From a virus, in the IMG/VR virus record IMGVR_UViG_3300017941_000198: a stretch of 38,836 bases of DNA. One strand, 5' to 3'. The notes under the pieces are model-generated. The model saw only the letters and a program-made list of their open reading frames with translations, had not been told where the DNA came from and did no database searches. Below, one piece after another: positions 17,397-26,612 of the stretch. The translations under genes and the position numbers were made by a program. Position 1 is the stretch's first letter; every line of letters starts with the position of its first letter.

Positions 17397-17900
17397 ATGA
17401 CGCATTTTAGCAAGAGTTGGACCAAAGAAGATGAAAAAGAATACTTAAAACAATACTATGAACTCCATAAAAAAGAGATAAAGACAAAGGCAAAAGCGAA
17501 TTATGAAAAAGATAGAGAAAAACATAACCGAGAATCCATTGAATACGGCAGAAAGCACCCAGAACGAAAAAATCAAATAAATAGAAGATGCTACCAAAAA
17601 AGGAAACTTGTTGTTTTAAACCACTATTCTAATAATACTTGTGCTTGTGCCTTTTGCGGAATCAAAGACATTAGAGTTTTAAGTATAGACCATGTCGAAG
17701 GTGGAGGCAGAGAACATAAACGGCAAACAGGTTACAACTCAATATATGATTGGTTGCTTCAAAACCATTTACCACCTGGTTTTCAAGTATTATGTATGAA
17801 TTGTCAATTTATAAAAATACATACACATAAAGAGTGCAAGCCAAAAAGTAAGGCAGCTATAACATCCTTAGAGTCTTTTACATCTCTTAACAAAAGTTAA
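17397..17900 (+). CDS. HNH/His-Me finger endonuclease
   Basis: CAFCG...SIDHVEGGG...QVLCMNC; basic helical N-terminus. Confidence 0.8.
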   Translation: MTHFSKSWTKEDEKEYLKQYYELHKKEIKTKAKANYEKDREKHNRESIEYGRKHPERKNQINRRCYQKRKLVVLNHYSNNTCACAFCGIKDIRVLSIDHVEGGGREHKRQTGYNSIYDWLLQNHLPPGFQVLCMNCQFIKIHTHKECKPKSKAAITSLESFTSLNKS

Positions 17901-17990
17901 GCAAATATACTGGCTTTTTTAGTGTAAAAGTTGCTAGTCGTGAATGAACCATTCATTCTGGCTTTCTTGAGCTGTCAAAAGAATATTCAT

Positions 17991-18308
17991 CTATAGATGT
18001 TGGAAACCCTCAATCAGAGCATAAACAAAATAGAACACTGCAAAGAATAGGACAAGTATTTGTTCTCTAAAATTTAAGTGTGATTTTCCTAAAAAGTATA
18101 AAGCTAACAATGGAAGAGAGTTTGCTAGACCACCAGCGATGCCGATAAAAAAGTTTGAACCGTTTATCCTCATAAAACTTAAACCCAGTCCACTAAAATG
18201 GAATCCTATTATTTTATATCCAAAAGCTATTGCAACTAAAGCGTGTGCTAATTCATGGGGAATGGGAGAAACAAAAAAGACTATTAAACCATAAAGTAGA
18301 AGTTTCAA
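17991..18308 (-). CDS. Minimal M50-like membrane zinc metallopeptidase
   Basis: PIPHELAHALVA (HExxH) and IAGGLAN between TM helices. Confidence 0.65.
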   Translation of the reverse strand: MKLLLYGLIVFFVSPIPHELAHALVAIAFGYKIIGFHFSGLGLSFMRINGSNFFIGIAGGLANSLPLLALYFLGKSHLNFREQILVLFFAVFYFVYALIEGFQHL

Positions 18309-18351
18309 ATTCGTTTTTATTACCCCTATTTCAAGCTATCAAATGAATAAG

Positions 18352-18690
18352 TCATCTGAAGAGCTCCAAGTTATTTGAGTATGATCTAAATCGGCAAAGT
18401 TGCTCAAATGCGTAATCAATGACATTGCTTAAATCGGCAAGTTCTTCCTGCATGTTAACAATGTCTTTTCTCTCGAAGGCTTCTTTTAGTTCCTTAAGTT
18501 CATCATCCATTCGGCTGATAAGAAAACTAGTGGGTTGATTGAAGTCTTTGTAAGGTTGTCTGGGATAACCTTTGTCACAATGGGCTATGAAGTTCTTTTC
18601 CATCTTTAACATAGCCAAACTTCTAATCATTGGGATGTCAGCTTTTTTACCGTTATACTCTTTTACTCCTTTACTGTTTACTTTCTCCAT
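18352..18690 (-). CDS. MazG-like all-alpha NTP pyrophosphohydrolase
   Basis: MDDELKELKEAF...EELADLSNVIDY; ATG 18690 is 8 nt after GGAG. Confidence 0.7.
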   Translation of the reverse strand: MEKVNSKGVKEYNGKKADIPMIRSLAMLKMEKNFIAHCDKGYPRQPYKDFNQPTSFLISRMDDELKELKEAFERKDIVNMQEELADLSNVIDYAFEQLCRFRSYSNNLELFR

Positions 18691-18712
18691 GTTCTTTTCT
18701 CCTAAATTAAAG

Positions 18713-18832
18713 TTAGTTCCAGCCTCTTTTGTGTAAGTATTTGAGAAGCATAGCCCCAGCAAAACAAATACCCATAATTGCAAAGAATAATAACCACCAT
18801 TGCCACCACGTCGTAAATATGTTTTCGGTCAT
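18713..18832 (-). CDS. 39-aa single-TM peptide
   Basis: MTENIFTTWWQWWLLFFAIMGICFAGAMLLKYLHKRGWN. Confidence 0.5.
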   Translation of the reverse strand: MTENIFTTWWQWWLLFFAIMGICFAGAMLLKYLHKRGWN

Positions 18833-18889
18833 GGTTTCTCACTTCTTGTTTTATTTTCTGATAAAGAATACCGTAAAAATAGATAATTA

Positions 18890-19288
18890 TCAAGGCGGAT
18901 TAATCGGCGGCTGTTTTGAGCCTTAGTCCTTTTCATGCGTCTTCTTTATTCACTTCTTGCGTCTGGACTTAGAACCCCCACTTTCGCGCATCCGCATCAG
19001 TTTAACGGAACCGAAACCGCTTGCCTATATTTCAAGGCAATAATGCCTTAAGATGTGCGCCCATGTGTTAGCGTGTTTTGGATTCACATGTGAATGCTGC
19101 TTGACCGCAACGCTTAGGCTCCGACTAACCCTAAAGGTGCAATCGAGATTAAGCCATTTTTCGCGGGATAGCCTCGCCATCATCTTCTATCCTATTTTTG
19201 GCGCTGTCGGCTTAAGCAAGAGTTTAAACCTCTCCCATTGGGAGAATAGGTTAGACATTGCAATTATCTATTAGGTTACGTTTTCTTT
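18890..19288. other. Hairpin-rich region without a long ORF; candidate structured RNA or cis-element
   Basis: Several perfect inverted repeats; parts reach about 50-55% GC against AT-rich flanks. Confidence 0.3.
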
Positions 19289-19576
19289 TTAAGGTTTTGC
19301 CTCCCTATTTTGTTGTTTATTTTCGCAATCAAGAATATGATTTTTCTTTCGTTCTTGAAGTATTGACTCGATTTCTTCTTTAGTTGCAATCTTTAAAAAT
19401 TCGTTTAATTTGATGTGATTAGTTCCGAAAGTGCAATGACACCACAACTCTTCTTTGGAAAGGTTTAGGTCAGAGTAATTTGGATAAACAACTTTCTTAT
19501 CTATTGGGCACCAATAGCTATTTGTGAAAACTTCGATTACTGTTTTCATTAATGCTTTAGTGGGGTCTTCACTCAT
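19289..19576 (-). CDS. Hypothetical protein with Cys/His motifs
   Basis: WCPID...WCHC; operon-coupled. Confidence 0.65.
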   Translation of the reverse strand: MSEDPTKALMKTVIEVFTNSYWCPIDKKVVYPNYSDLNLSKEELWCHCTFGTNHIKLNEFLKIATKEEIESILQERKKNHILDCENKQQNREAKP

Positions 19577-19865
19577 TTGGTTTAGCCTCTTCAGCTTCTT
19601 TTCGCGGGAAATGAATAGACCATATAGTTAATGCCAAAACAATGAAGATAACTGTTGGTAACATGTCACTAAAAAGCATAATCCAATAAGCAGTTACCCA
19701 TAGGTTACTTAGCCAAGTTTGACCATAAATTTGAGTATAAGTAGCAACTCCGCTACTTTGTGGTGTTACAAGACCCATCCCAAAAACTATGAGAACATCC
19801 ATAATTGTTATAGTTAATACGTATGCTATAACAAAAAATAATTTATCACGATTTTTCCTTTTCAT
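19569..19865 (-). CDS. Two-TM membrane protein
   Basis: Hydrophobic helices; overlapping starts/stops. Confidence 0.7.
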   Translation of the reverse strand: MKRKNRDKLFFVIAYVLTITIMDVLIVFGMGLVTPQSSGVATYTQIYGQTWLSNLWVTAYWIMLFSDMLPTVIFIVLALTIWSIHFPRKEAEEAKPNE

Positions 19866-20059
19866 AGTTGTTTCTCCTGTTCTTTGCTTTGGTATTCAAT
19901 ACCAGTTTGTAAGTCTCTAAGTTGTTGGTAATGAATTTTCTGCCATTTTTTGCCTTCTTCCGAAAGTGGAAATTGATAACCACAATAATGACAAGGCTCC
20001 AAGATTGTTTCCATTGGCTTATGACATTTTGAACAGGTAATCATATTGAAACAGATCAT
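19862..20059 (-). CDS. Zn-ribbon protein
   Basis: CSKC...CHYC. Confidence 0.7.
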   Translation of the reverse strand: MICFNMITCSKCHKPMETILEPCHYCGYQFPLSEEGKKWQKIHYQQLRDLQTGIEYQSKEQEKQL

Positions 20060-20274
20060 AGTTTTTCCTCTTCTTTATTTTTGAAGTAAATACGTTTAAA
20101 TTTTACAACCTTTTCAAGTTGACCGAATACGCCATAATGCATAGGGCAATGAACCATCTTTTCTCGCATCTCTACATCATTAAATTTTGCTAACTGAATT
20201 GTTTGACCGCATTCAGTTGTTACTTCCCAACCATAGCCTTCTTTAAAAGGTGTATTCCAAAGATTCGCGCTCAT
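20056..20274 (-). CDS. Hypothetical protein
   Basis: ATGA coupling. Confidence 0.65.
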   Translation of the reverse strand: MSANLWNTPFKEGYGWEVTTECGQTIQLAKFNDVEMREKMVHCPMHYGVFGQLEKVVKFKRIYFKNKEEEKL

Positions 20275-20492
20275 TCTTGTTTTACCTCCCTTGTTTCTTT
20301 TGGATTAAAAAGAATTTGCCCAACAAAAAAGCGTACATCTGACTCGGGGTCAAATAAGCCTTCGCTTTGTGACTTTTTCCATTCGGCAACTTTAGCGTTT
20401 GCTTCTTGTTCTGTTTGGACCCAGTAAACTATCTCGATTACTCCTTCATGGAGTATGAAGGCAAAATATTCTTGGTCGTTTTCTCTTCTCAT
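20271..20492 (-). CDS. Hypothetical acidic protein
   Basis: ATGA coupling. Confidence 0.65.
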   Translation of the reverse strand: MRRENDQEYFAFILHEGVIEIVYWVQTEQEANAKVAEWKKSQSEGLFDPESDVRFFVGQILFNPKETREVKQE

Positions 20493-20656
20493 TCTGTTTT
20501 ACCTTCTTTTTGAGCAGTAGAAAGAATAACTCTTCTGACAATAGCAACTTTTTCATAGTTGTTTATGGTGCCATGAGTAAGTGGTGTCCAATCTAATTTA
20601 TCGCCTTTTTTTAGTTCTAAGAAAACTTCTATTTCTTTTGGAATAGTTGCTTTCAT
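20489..20656 (-). CDS. AbrB/SpoVT-like DNA-binding protein, 55 aa
   Basis: Hand translation MKATIPKEIEVFLELKKGDKLDW... Confidence 0.5.
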   Translation of the reverse strand: MKATIPKEIEVFLELKKGDKLDWTPLTHGTINNYEKVAIVRRVILSTAQKEGKTE

Positions 20657-20937
20657 TACTTTTGTTCTCCTTTAGAAATGTTTACCTCTTTACTCGAAAT
20701 GTCTTGAATACCGTTCTTAGTTTTCCAATCTTCAAAATCTTTTTTACTTAATTCATGTTTAAGTAATTCTTCAAGAGATATTTTGCTTAAGTGTCCTCGA
20801 AGTGTTAATTCCATTCTATGTATGCCCTGGTATCTTGTTGGATACGTTACTACTCTATCGTTTTTGCTAAATTCTTTGATTTCTAAACCTACACCATAAG
20901 AGTTTAGAATTTCTCTAAGTTCTTTTTCAGTGGTCAT
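20656..20937 (-). CDS. Hypothetical protein
   Basis: ATG ORF in operon. Confidence 0.65.
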   Translation of the reverse strand: MTTEKELREILNSYGVGLEIKEFSKNDRVVTYPTRYQGIHRMELTLRGHLSKISLEELLKHELSKKDFEDWKTKNGIQDISSKEVNISKGEQK

Positions 20938-20999
20938 TTAGAAACGCCTCATCAGACGTGGAAAATAACCTTGTTCCTTCCAAGGCATAAGAATGACGT

Positions 21000-21281
21000 T
21001 CAATAACGATCCGCTCCTTTTGCAGCCTCATCTTCATATTGAGAAGCAAAAGTATCTGGATTTCTCCAAAACTCTTTAGGCTCTTGTGCCTTAAGACGCT
21101 TTTCGGTTTTTAGGCAAGTGACGCATTTCTTGTCTTCAAAATCCTTACCGGGAACGGGAGGCTCAAACTTTAACCCTTTACGCTTACAAACAGTTGTGCC
21201 TTCTTTTAGGCTGATTACTTTGTGAGCGCATTGAGTTCCCAATGTGAAGAGCCAATCGCCATCTTTCATTTCGGGTATCAT
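21000..21281 (-). CDS. Hypothetical protein, possible Zn-binding (H...C...CxxC)
   Basis: AHKV...VCKR...KKCVTC. Confidence 0.65.
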   Translation of the reverse strand: MIPEMKDGDWLFTLGTQCAHKVISLKEGTTVCKRKGLKFEPPVPGKDFEDKKCVTCLKTEKRLKAQEPKEFWRNPDTFASQYEDEAAKGADRY

Positions 21282-21470
21282 TTAAGAAACCTTCTTCTTT
21301 CTTTTGCCAAAAATCTGTTCAAACTGAACTTCCAAAGATGATTTTTCAATCATCCAACTGCGATTTGTGTCACCTAAAATATCGCGGAACTGCTCAACCT
21401 TTGTTTCTAACTCTGCTAGTTTCTTAGAATATTTGTCGGCTAAAGAAGCCTCAAATTCTACGTGCTCCAT
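21282..21470 (-). CDS. Small coiled-coil protein
   Basis: KKLAELETKVEQFRD. Confidence 0.65.
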   Translation of the reverse strand: MEHVEFEASLADKYSKKLAELETKVEQFRDILGDTNRSWMIEKSSLEVQFEQIFGKRKKKVS

Positions 21471-21471
21471 A

Positions 21472-21615
21472 TTATGCCTTCTCCTTATGCTCCTTGATTA
21501 ATTCTTTAACTGCATCTGAAAGCGTTATTGAGCCACCTTTTTCTGCTTGGATTTCTCCCGCAATCTTTTCCAAGTCGGCTTTAACATCTTGATCTATTTT
21601 CATTGTCACTTTCAT
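21472..21615 (-). CDS. Ribbon-helix-helix regulator, 47 aa
   Basis: Hand translation MKVTMKIDQDVKADLEKIAGEIQAEKGGSITLSDAVKELIKEHKEKA. Confidence 0.7.
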   Translation of the reverse strand: MKVTMKIDQDVKADLEKIAGEIQAEKGGSITLSDAVKELIKEHKEKA

Positions 21616-21654
21616 ACACCTTATTCTTGATTAGTTACTTTTAACTCTTAGTGT

Positions 21655-21692
21655 TCGTAGTGTACTACGTACACTTAGTATTTATAATTTGC
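21655..21692 (-). promoter_or_regulatory. Promoter with overlapping palindromes upstream of the second RHH gene
   Basis: CGTAG-tgta-CTACG and GTGTAC-tac-GTACAC next to a TTATAAATA box on the minus strand. Confidence 0.5.
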
Positions 21693-21705
21693 GGTATTAA
21701 ATTTA

Positions 21706-21927
21706 TCACAAAAGAACAGGCTTTCCTTCAAGAGACTTCCAGTTCTCTGCATTCTTTTTAACAATCAACATAGCGTTTTCTTTTGTGTATTTGGTGCAGT
21801 AAACTATCGGAAAAATTGAAGCCTCTAGTGTAGAAGGGAAAAAGTCAACGCTCAGAATATCGCCATAATGCTTAGTGTCTCTGAATGCTTCTCGAATCCA
21901 TTTTAACCTAAGATGTCGTTCTAACAT
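21706..21927 (-). CDS. Hypothetical protein
   Basis: ATG ORF. Confidence 0.55.
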   Translation of the reverse strand: MLERHLRLKWIREAFRDTKHYGDILSVDFFPSTLEASIFPIVYCTKYTKENAMLIVKKNAENWKSLEGKPVLL

Positions 21928-22051
21928 TTTTCTTCCTTCTTGAGTTGTGAATTGAATTTCTCCATTTGAGGGTCATAGTTGCAAGCCCAACAAAGTTTTC
22001 CTTCTTCATTGTCTTTAACTACACATTTCTTTTTTGGATTTCTAAAACATT

Positions 22052-22822
22052 TCATGTCTTCTCTGTCTCCGAAATGAATACCGTAATTTCTGGGTCAATG
22101 CCAAAGTTTACGATCTGATTATGCTTGCGAACCTTATGTCTAAAGGCTTTAATCTGTTCAGCAGTCCAAAAAATAGGTAGAATATGATCTCCGATCTGAC
22201 CGTCATAATAGCAGTCGCACACTTTAACATGCCAAACTTTGCAGAGATCCAATTTAAGCAAGCATTCTTCATAACTGACAAGTCGATAATTCGCCTGCAT
22301 GAAAAGCATAATATTCTTTCGCTTGTATCCAGCTTTAATGAGCATATCAATAGCTTTCTTAATTTTCTGCTGTTCTCTGTAGGATCCATCCCAAGCTAAT
22401 CGGATTTGGCTTTTCTTGTGATAAAGGTTGACGTTGTTGAATCCGACTTTTGTAAAATGGTTTTGGAAAAGAGCATCTGCTATTTCTTGAGTCATAAAAC
22501 GGTAATCAGCACCACAGACAAGTTCATAATAAACCGTTTTTCCGTTTACTTTTATTGAACCTAACTGTTTGATCAAGTTTAATGCTTGAGGTTTGCAGAG
22601 CAAATTCATATCAAAAATCAATACGTCATTCTTTACGATTTCAGGGATTGGGAAGAGTCTGATTTCTGTTCCTTCATGGCAGTTTGGGCAGTTCCAAACG
22701 CAACCTTCGCTTAATCGGATTGCTTGTTTCTCATATTTCACTCGGTTGTAAGGACCACGACTATAGGGCTTTTTGAGTTGACATTCTGAACCGACTAATC
22801 TCTGCTGAATTGTCTGCGTCAT
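22052..22822 (-). CDS. Radical SAM protein (virus-type, no B12 domain)
   Basis: RLSEGCVWNCPNC (CxxxCxxC); FDMNLL, GADYR and IRLAWD segments. Confidence 0.8.
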   Translation of the reverse strand: MTQTIQQRLVGSECQLKKPYSRGPYNRVKYEKQAIRLSEGCVWNCPNCHEGTEIRLFPIPEIVKNDVLIFDMNLLCKPQALNLIKQLGSIKVNGKTVYYELVCGADYRFMTQEIADALFQNHFTKVGFNNVNLYHKKSQIRLAWDGSYREQQKIKKAIDMLIKAGYKRKNIMLFMQANYRLVSYEECLLKLDLCKVWHVKVCDCYYDGQIGDHILPIFWTAEQIKAFRHKVRKHNQIVNFGIDPEITVFISETEKT

Positions 22823-23325
22823 TTTTTGCTCTGCTCTCCCGACAAAATGCAGTCCGTTTTATTAATGAAAAGATTAGAGACAAAATTATCCAAAACCAAA
22901 AACTTCTCAGGGTGCCAAGAGTCACTATAACGTATTGTTGTAACTACGCCGATTTCAATTAAGTCTCTAACAATCTTTTCCTTTTGGTTTCCCGATGATT
23001 TCATGCGAGGTTCAGCATGAAGCATTTTCATCCAAGCACCAATAGTAGTACAAGAAACCTCTTGTTTAAACTCAGCTTTCAAGCGTGATTGAACCTTCTC
23101 ATAACTATACCCTTCTCGGTAAAGAACTGCAGCATATTGAACAAGTGATATTGGATGCTTACCTCTATAGTATCCATCATTACTAAATGATGTCCCGCAT
23201 GTTTTACAGCGATACCTTTGAACTATCCCTTTAGAAACATAATGCTTTCCAGATTTTACAATCTGGTCACTCTTGCAACGCGGACAATATTTTTTCTGCT
23301 CGTTTTTCGTCTCCAATACTAACAC
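22819..23325 (-). CDS. IS1/IS6-like Zn-ribbon plus HTH protein without a DDE domain
   Basis: CPRCKS...KSG...QRYRCKTCG, then an HTH (YREGYSYEKV...SCTTIGAW); likely start TTG 23316. Confidence 0.7.
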   Translation of the reverse strand: MLVLETKNEQKKYCPRCKSDQIVKSGKHYVSKGIVQRYRCKTCGTSFSNDGYYRGKHPISLVQYAAVLYREGYSYEKVQSRLKAEFKQEVSCTTIGAWMKMLHAEPRMKSSGNQKEKIVRDLIEIGVVTTIRYSDSWHPEKFLVLDNFVSNLFINKTDCILSGEQSKK

Positions 23326-23962
23326 TCCTTAAATGTTTAGAACCACATTTATCACAAATGCAGTAAGGGCTTGAATCGCTAGGAATATAGCCACCACCAT
23401 AACCACCGTACAATTTTTGAGGCTGTAAATGAACATCGCTAACAGCTTTTATTTTAGCATAAATTATAAGTTGCTCAGACTGAGGCAATTTTGATAAAAA
23501 TATTGCATTCATTACACCTAAACTTTTTCCGATTTCTTCTTTAAGTTTAGGATGCAAATTTTTGTATATTTGGATTCTTCCATCAACGTATTGTTTGCTT
23601 TTGCCAAGTTTCTTAGCGATAGTTTCAGGGTCATATTTCATTGTGGCAAATAATTCTCCCTCACGAACAGGGTTCATATTTAACCGTTGAATGTTCTCAG
23701 TAAGCGAGAGAATAACGGCATCAGAAGGCGTACACTGCTTCATTATAACTGGAATCTGATCCCAGCCTAAACCTTTTGCAGCGCATAAACGGTGATTTCC
23801 ACAGATAACTTCCCATTCTTGTTTTTCATTCAAATATACTACAATCGGTTGGAGAAGTCCATGTTGTTTCATGCTCTCTTTTAGGTCATGTATAGTTTGA
23901 CCGTCTATAGGTCTAATCATTGTTCTTGAATATTGAATTACTCTTATAGCTAATGTTTCCAT
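23267..23962 (-). CDS. ParB/Sulfiredoxin-domain protein with HTH and a C-terminal Cys motif
   Basis: LKESMKQHGLLQPIVV...VICGNHRLCAAKGLG...SLTENIQRLNM. Confidence 0.9.
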   Translation of the reverse strand: METLAIRVIQYSRTMIRPIDGQTIHDLKESMKQHGLLQPIVVYLNEKQEWEVICGNHRLCAAKGLGWDQIPVIMKQCTPSDAVILSLTENIQRLNMNPVREGELFATMKYDPETIAKKLGKSKQYVDGRIQIYKNLHPKLKEEIGKSLGVMNAIFLSKLPQSEQLIIYAKIKAVSDVHLQPQKLYGGYGGGYIPSDSSPYCICDKCGSKHLRSVSIGDEKRAEKILSALQE

Positions 23963-24120
23963 TTATTCAACCTTCTTGTTGTTTAATTCTGACGGCAAGA
24001 AAGGGTCTAACTTCCATTGCCCACCAGTTTTCCATTCACCTTTAGACCAAACTGGAAACTCGTAACCTGCCAAATATTCTACAGCAGCCCAGAGTAGCAG
24101 CCTATAGATTTTTAACCGAT

Positions 24121-25017
24121 TCATTTTGAAACCTCGAATAGTGATGTTTTATTTGCCGTAGATGAAGGTGACAGTTTACGAGCAATTACAATATCTTGCC
24201 CATTAAGACAACTTTTTCTTCCACTCCAAAAACCATAGTAAATTGGCTCTGTCACAGTTAACTTGTGATTCTTGTAGAGGTCACGAATAAGTTGTTCATC
24301 ATAAGCAACCGCGCTTTCTGGAGTGATAGAGTCAACAGTAAATACGCCATCACCGATTTTATATTTGAAATCAAATGCGTTCTGTTTACTTATTTCTGTT
24401 TCTTTGTTTAATAAGAAAAATGTGACCAAAACTTTTCCATTAGGTTTTGTTACTCGAACAATTTCTGAGAGGTATCTTTCTATTTCTTTTAGTAGCATGT
24501 GAGTAAATACAGATGTGAGAAAAACGAAGTCAAAATGATTATCGGGGTATGGAAAGTTGAAGTTGGTAGCAGCATCTTTTCCTTTGGGATTAAAATTTGA
24601 GTTTTGAATATCCACAAATCTAAAGTGAAAGTTCGGAAACTCAGGTGCGATGTTCTTCCTTGCCCAATTTACCTGTTCAGCGTCAACATCGAAGCCTTCA
24701 TAGATACCTTCTTCATTCAGATATTGTGTTAAAGCAACAGCTATCCTGCCAACACCACAACCTACATCAAGAACTTTATCATTGTGTTTTAACTCGCCAA
24801 GTTCAATAAAACATTTAAGGAAATCTTTTCCGACAGATTTAAAATCAGAAATACTTGTACTGCCAACAAGTCTTCTTAGTTTCATGGGGGGTACAAGTTT
24901 GTCTCGTTGGTTAAGCAATCTTTCTTTTAAATCTACCCCCATATAAAAAATATAAAAAATTTCGTTTCTTAATTTTCTTAATAGAACTTTCATTTTATCA
25001 ATCATTAGCTCGCTCAC
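24121..25017 (-). CDS. Class I SAM-dependent methyltransferase
   Basis: VLDVGCGVGR; FDFVFLTSVFTH. Confidence 0.9.
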   Translation of the reverse strand: MSELMIDKMKVLLRKLRNEIFYIFYMGVDLKERLLNQRDKLVPPMKLRRLVGSTSISDFKSVGKDFLKCFIELGELKHNDKVLDVGCGVGRIAVALTQYLNEEGIYEGFDVDAEQVNWARKNIAPEFPNFHFRFVDIQNSNFNPKGKDAATNFNFPYPDNHFDFVFLTSVFTHMLLKEIERYLSEIVRVTKPNGKVLVTFFLLNKETEISKQNAFDFKYKIGDGVFTVDSITPESAVAYDEQLIRDLYKNHKLTVTEPIYYGFWSGRKSCLNGQDIVIARKLSPSSTANKTSLFEVSK

Positions 25018-25898
25018 TCCATTAAGTTTTTAAGAAACACAGGCAACTCTCCGTATTTATCGTTGCCATAAGGTATGAGATTTTTTTGGTTATCATTCAT
25101 TATTTTATTTTGGGCATCTGATAGACTCATGTGCCAATCATTCTTAACCCTATAAATCGTGTAATCCAACAGACTAGGAAAGCGTGGATCTTTTGCAATA
25201 AAATAGTCTGCCAAGAACATCCGCATAAGCATCCGTTTAGGATTCTTAATATTACAATGGAAAATGTAGGGTTCACGCCATCGCAGTATTCTGTACCACG
25301 GTGGAAAACGATGCCCCCAAACACTATCGCCACAGACCTGCTCCCAATAATTGTTTTTCAATGCCCATTTAAGTTCTGGACTCCAAGTGAAAAGTCTTGC
25401 TTCGTAAATTCCGAATGGACAGTTCTTTGGCTGATGCTTCAAGTCACCTTCAAAATTCACTCTAGGAAGGTTAATTACAAAATACTCTTTCTTGTCCAAC
25501 CTGCCAAGCCTATCTTTCCATTCCATCAGGGCTTCAGGACTCTTGGCAACGAAATCGCCATCCCACTTAAACACCCACTTATAATTAGCATTGACTAAGC
25601 CTATGTGTAACGATAGAGCAAAAGCATGAACATTTTCACAGTAGAATTGTATATGCTTGATTTTATCACATTTTTTTGCTAACGATTCAATTATGTTGGT
25701 AGTATTATCTTGGATTGAGCTGTCAACAATTATGATTTCGTCTGCTACAGGCTCTATGGATAAAATGCAGGGTTTAATCCATTGTTCCTCATCTTTAACT
25801 GCAATGATAAAGGTTATTCCTTCTTTGTGGAAATTTGGTTTCTTCACTAATCCAAGTTTAGGCAACACAGCCAAACAAGAGCGCAAGGTAGCCTTCAT
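25014..25898 (-). CDS. GT2 (GT-A) glycosyltransferase
   Basis: ITFIIAVKDEE, IIIVDSS, WVFKWDGD. Confidence 0.88.
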   Translation of the reverse strand: MKATLRSCLAVLPKLGLVKKPNFHKEGITFIIAVKDEEQWIKPCILSIEPVADEIIIVDSSIQDNTTNIIESLAKKCDKIKHIQFYCENVHAFALSLHIGLVNANYKWVFKWDGDFVAKSPEALMEWKDRLGRLDKKEYFVINLPRVNFEGDLKHQPKNCPFGIYEARLFTWSPELKWALKNNYWEQVCGDSVWGHRFPPWYRILRWREPYIFHCNIKNPKRMLMRMFLADYFIAKDPRFPSLLDYTIYRVKNDWHMSLSDAQNKIMNDNQKNLIPYGNDKYGELPVFLKNLME

Positions 25899-25901
25899 TT
25901 T

Positions 25902-26612
25902 TTAATTCTCCCGAACTATAAACCAATCTGGATAAGAGGTATAGAGGCTAAGTTTATTGCTTTCAACAAATTCTGTTACTGCCTTTACGACTCCACCATG
26001 GATGAAAGTGTAGTCATGCCCTCCAAGAACTCCGCCTACTCGTATATGTGGATACCAAGATTCTATGTCTTCTTTAACGTTTTTGTATTCATGGTTCGCA
26101 TCTATGTAAACGAAGTCTAATGGTTCCTGTATTTTTTTGCTCGCATTCACACTAGGTTCAATAAGCCACACCACAGGCTTATCCTTCAAAACAGAAAAAG
26201 CAGTATCTTTAGCGTTAACATGGGCGCTGTTGATTAATTCGTTCTCAAAATAACGAGTATATGGATCAATAGCGTATAGTTGTTTCAAGTTGAGCAGTTT
26301 AAACATGCTCTCAGCGTTTGCTCCAGCACTAACTCCGATTTCTGCTCCAACAAGATTTTTCAGATGACAATGGGCGATATATTTTATCATAGGTCTTGGC
26401 AAATCGTTTATGGGAGGGTGAAAATACATTTCTTTAAAACAAGAGTAAACCTTTGGAGTAAGAACATGCATCAAGATTAACACCAGCTTTAATCTTAGAT
26501 TATATGTTGCTGACGCAATCTTCAATCTTTTACCTCCATGCGACTCATTAAAGATTGTATCAATGCTAATCGTTGCTTGTATTCTGGATGACGGAGGTTG
26601 CACATCGAGCAA
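25902..26612 (-). CDS. Methyltransf_24-type SAM methyltransferase
   Basis: GAEIGV, FVYIDANHEY, GGVLGGHDY. Confidence 0.88.
   Translation of the reverse strand: MLDVQPPSSRIQATISIDTIFNESHGGKRLKIASATYNLRLKLVLILMHVLTPKVYSCFKEMYFHPPINDLPRPMIKYIAHCHLKNLVGAEIGVSAGANAESMFKLLNLKQLYAIDPYTRYFENELINSAHVNAKDTAFSVLKDKPVVWLIEPSVNASKKIQEPLDFVYIDANHEYKNVKEDIESWYPHIRVGGVLGGHDYTFIHGGVVKAVTEFVESNKLSLYTSYPDWFIVREN

Noticed and set aside
18960-19010. Minus-strand CGGAUGCG-C-GAAAGU-GGGGGUUC resembles group II intron domain V
   Set aside because: No AGC triad, the 3' pairing strand is missing, and there is no RT/maturase
18918-19130. GACUA/UAGUC pair suggesting group I intron P7, RNase P or SRP RNA
   Set aside because: Order is reversed relative to P7; RNase P CR-I (GAGGAAAGUCC) and SRP helix 8 motifs are absent
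22819-23325. Complete IS1/IS6 insertion sequence
   Set aside because: No DDE domain or terminal inverted repeats seen; the gene is coupled to its neighbours
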